Part shown: positions 63,848 to 64,000 of the stretch, one piece after another | How the letters are laid out: the number at the start of each line of letters is the position of its first letter | How positions within the stretch are numbered: the first letter of the stretch is position 1 | Origin: Camelus dromedarius | Lineage: Eukaryota | Direction: 5' to 3' | NCBI RefSeq assembly: GCF_036321535.1 | Contig: NC_087437.1 | Location: forward strand, 102,116,001 to 102,180,000 | DNA: 64,000 bases | The notes under the pieces: model-generated | Seen by the model: the letters and a program-made list of their open reading frames with translations, nothing else | Told to the model about the DNA's origin: nothing | Databases searched by the model: none | Translations under genes and position numbers: made by a program

Positions 63848-64000
63848 TTTTTTAAAATAATTCATTTATTTTTATTTATTTATGATTGCATTCTTTAATT
63901 ATTTTTGGCAGGGGGAGGTAATTAGATTTATTTATTTTTAGTAGAGGTACTGGGGATTGAACCCAAGGACCTCATGCATGCTAAGCATGTGCTCCACCAC
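63848..64000 (-). mobile_element. tRNA-Ala-derived SINE (Vic-1-like), cut by the window end
   Basis: gggggaggtaattagatttatttattt...agaggtactggggattgaacccaaggacctcatgcatgctaagc is close to the reverse complement of the 20205 copy. Confidence 0.92.

Noticed and set aside
1..64000. CpG-island promoter, NUMT, processed pseudogene, or prokaryotic/phage insert
   Set aside because: CpG is depleted throughout, and I recognised no mitochondrial, cellular-mRNA-like or gene-dense segment; highly decayed examples could escape visual reading.

Overview
AT-rich, CpG-poor mammalian DNA, intergenic or deep-intronic, and most likely camelid: it carries three copies of a tRNA-Ala-derived SINE matching my recollection of camelid Vic-1, plus lineage-type L1 3' ends. 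I found no credible intact protein-coding gene, RNA gene, CRISPR array or prokaryote-type system. The supplied ORFs are chance ORFs or decayed retroelement frames. Much of the window is layered transposon fossils: L2, MIR, MLT1/MLT2 and other ERVL LTRs, Tigger, MER3/MER5A/MER96B, old L1M/HAL1 and younger L1s. The most informative structures are two 5'-inverted (twin-primed) L1 insertions with target-site duplications (TSDs), two non-colinear ERVL-type pol relics about 1.7 kb apart, several nested insertions that give a relative chronology, and a few exon-like segments in repeat-free DNA. Family names come from remembered consensus sequences, not a database search, and boundaries of old repeats are approximate. 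I found no evidence for a new biological system.
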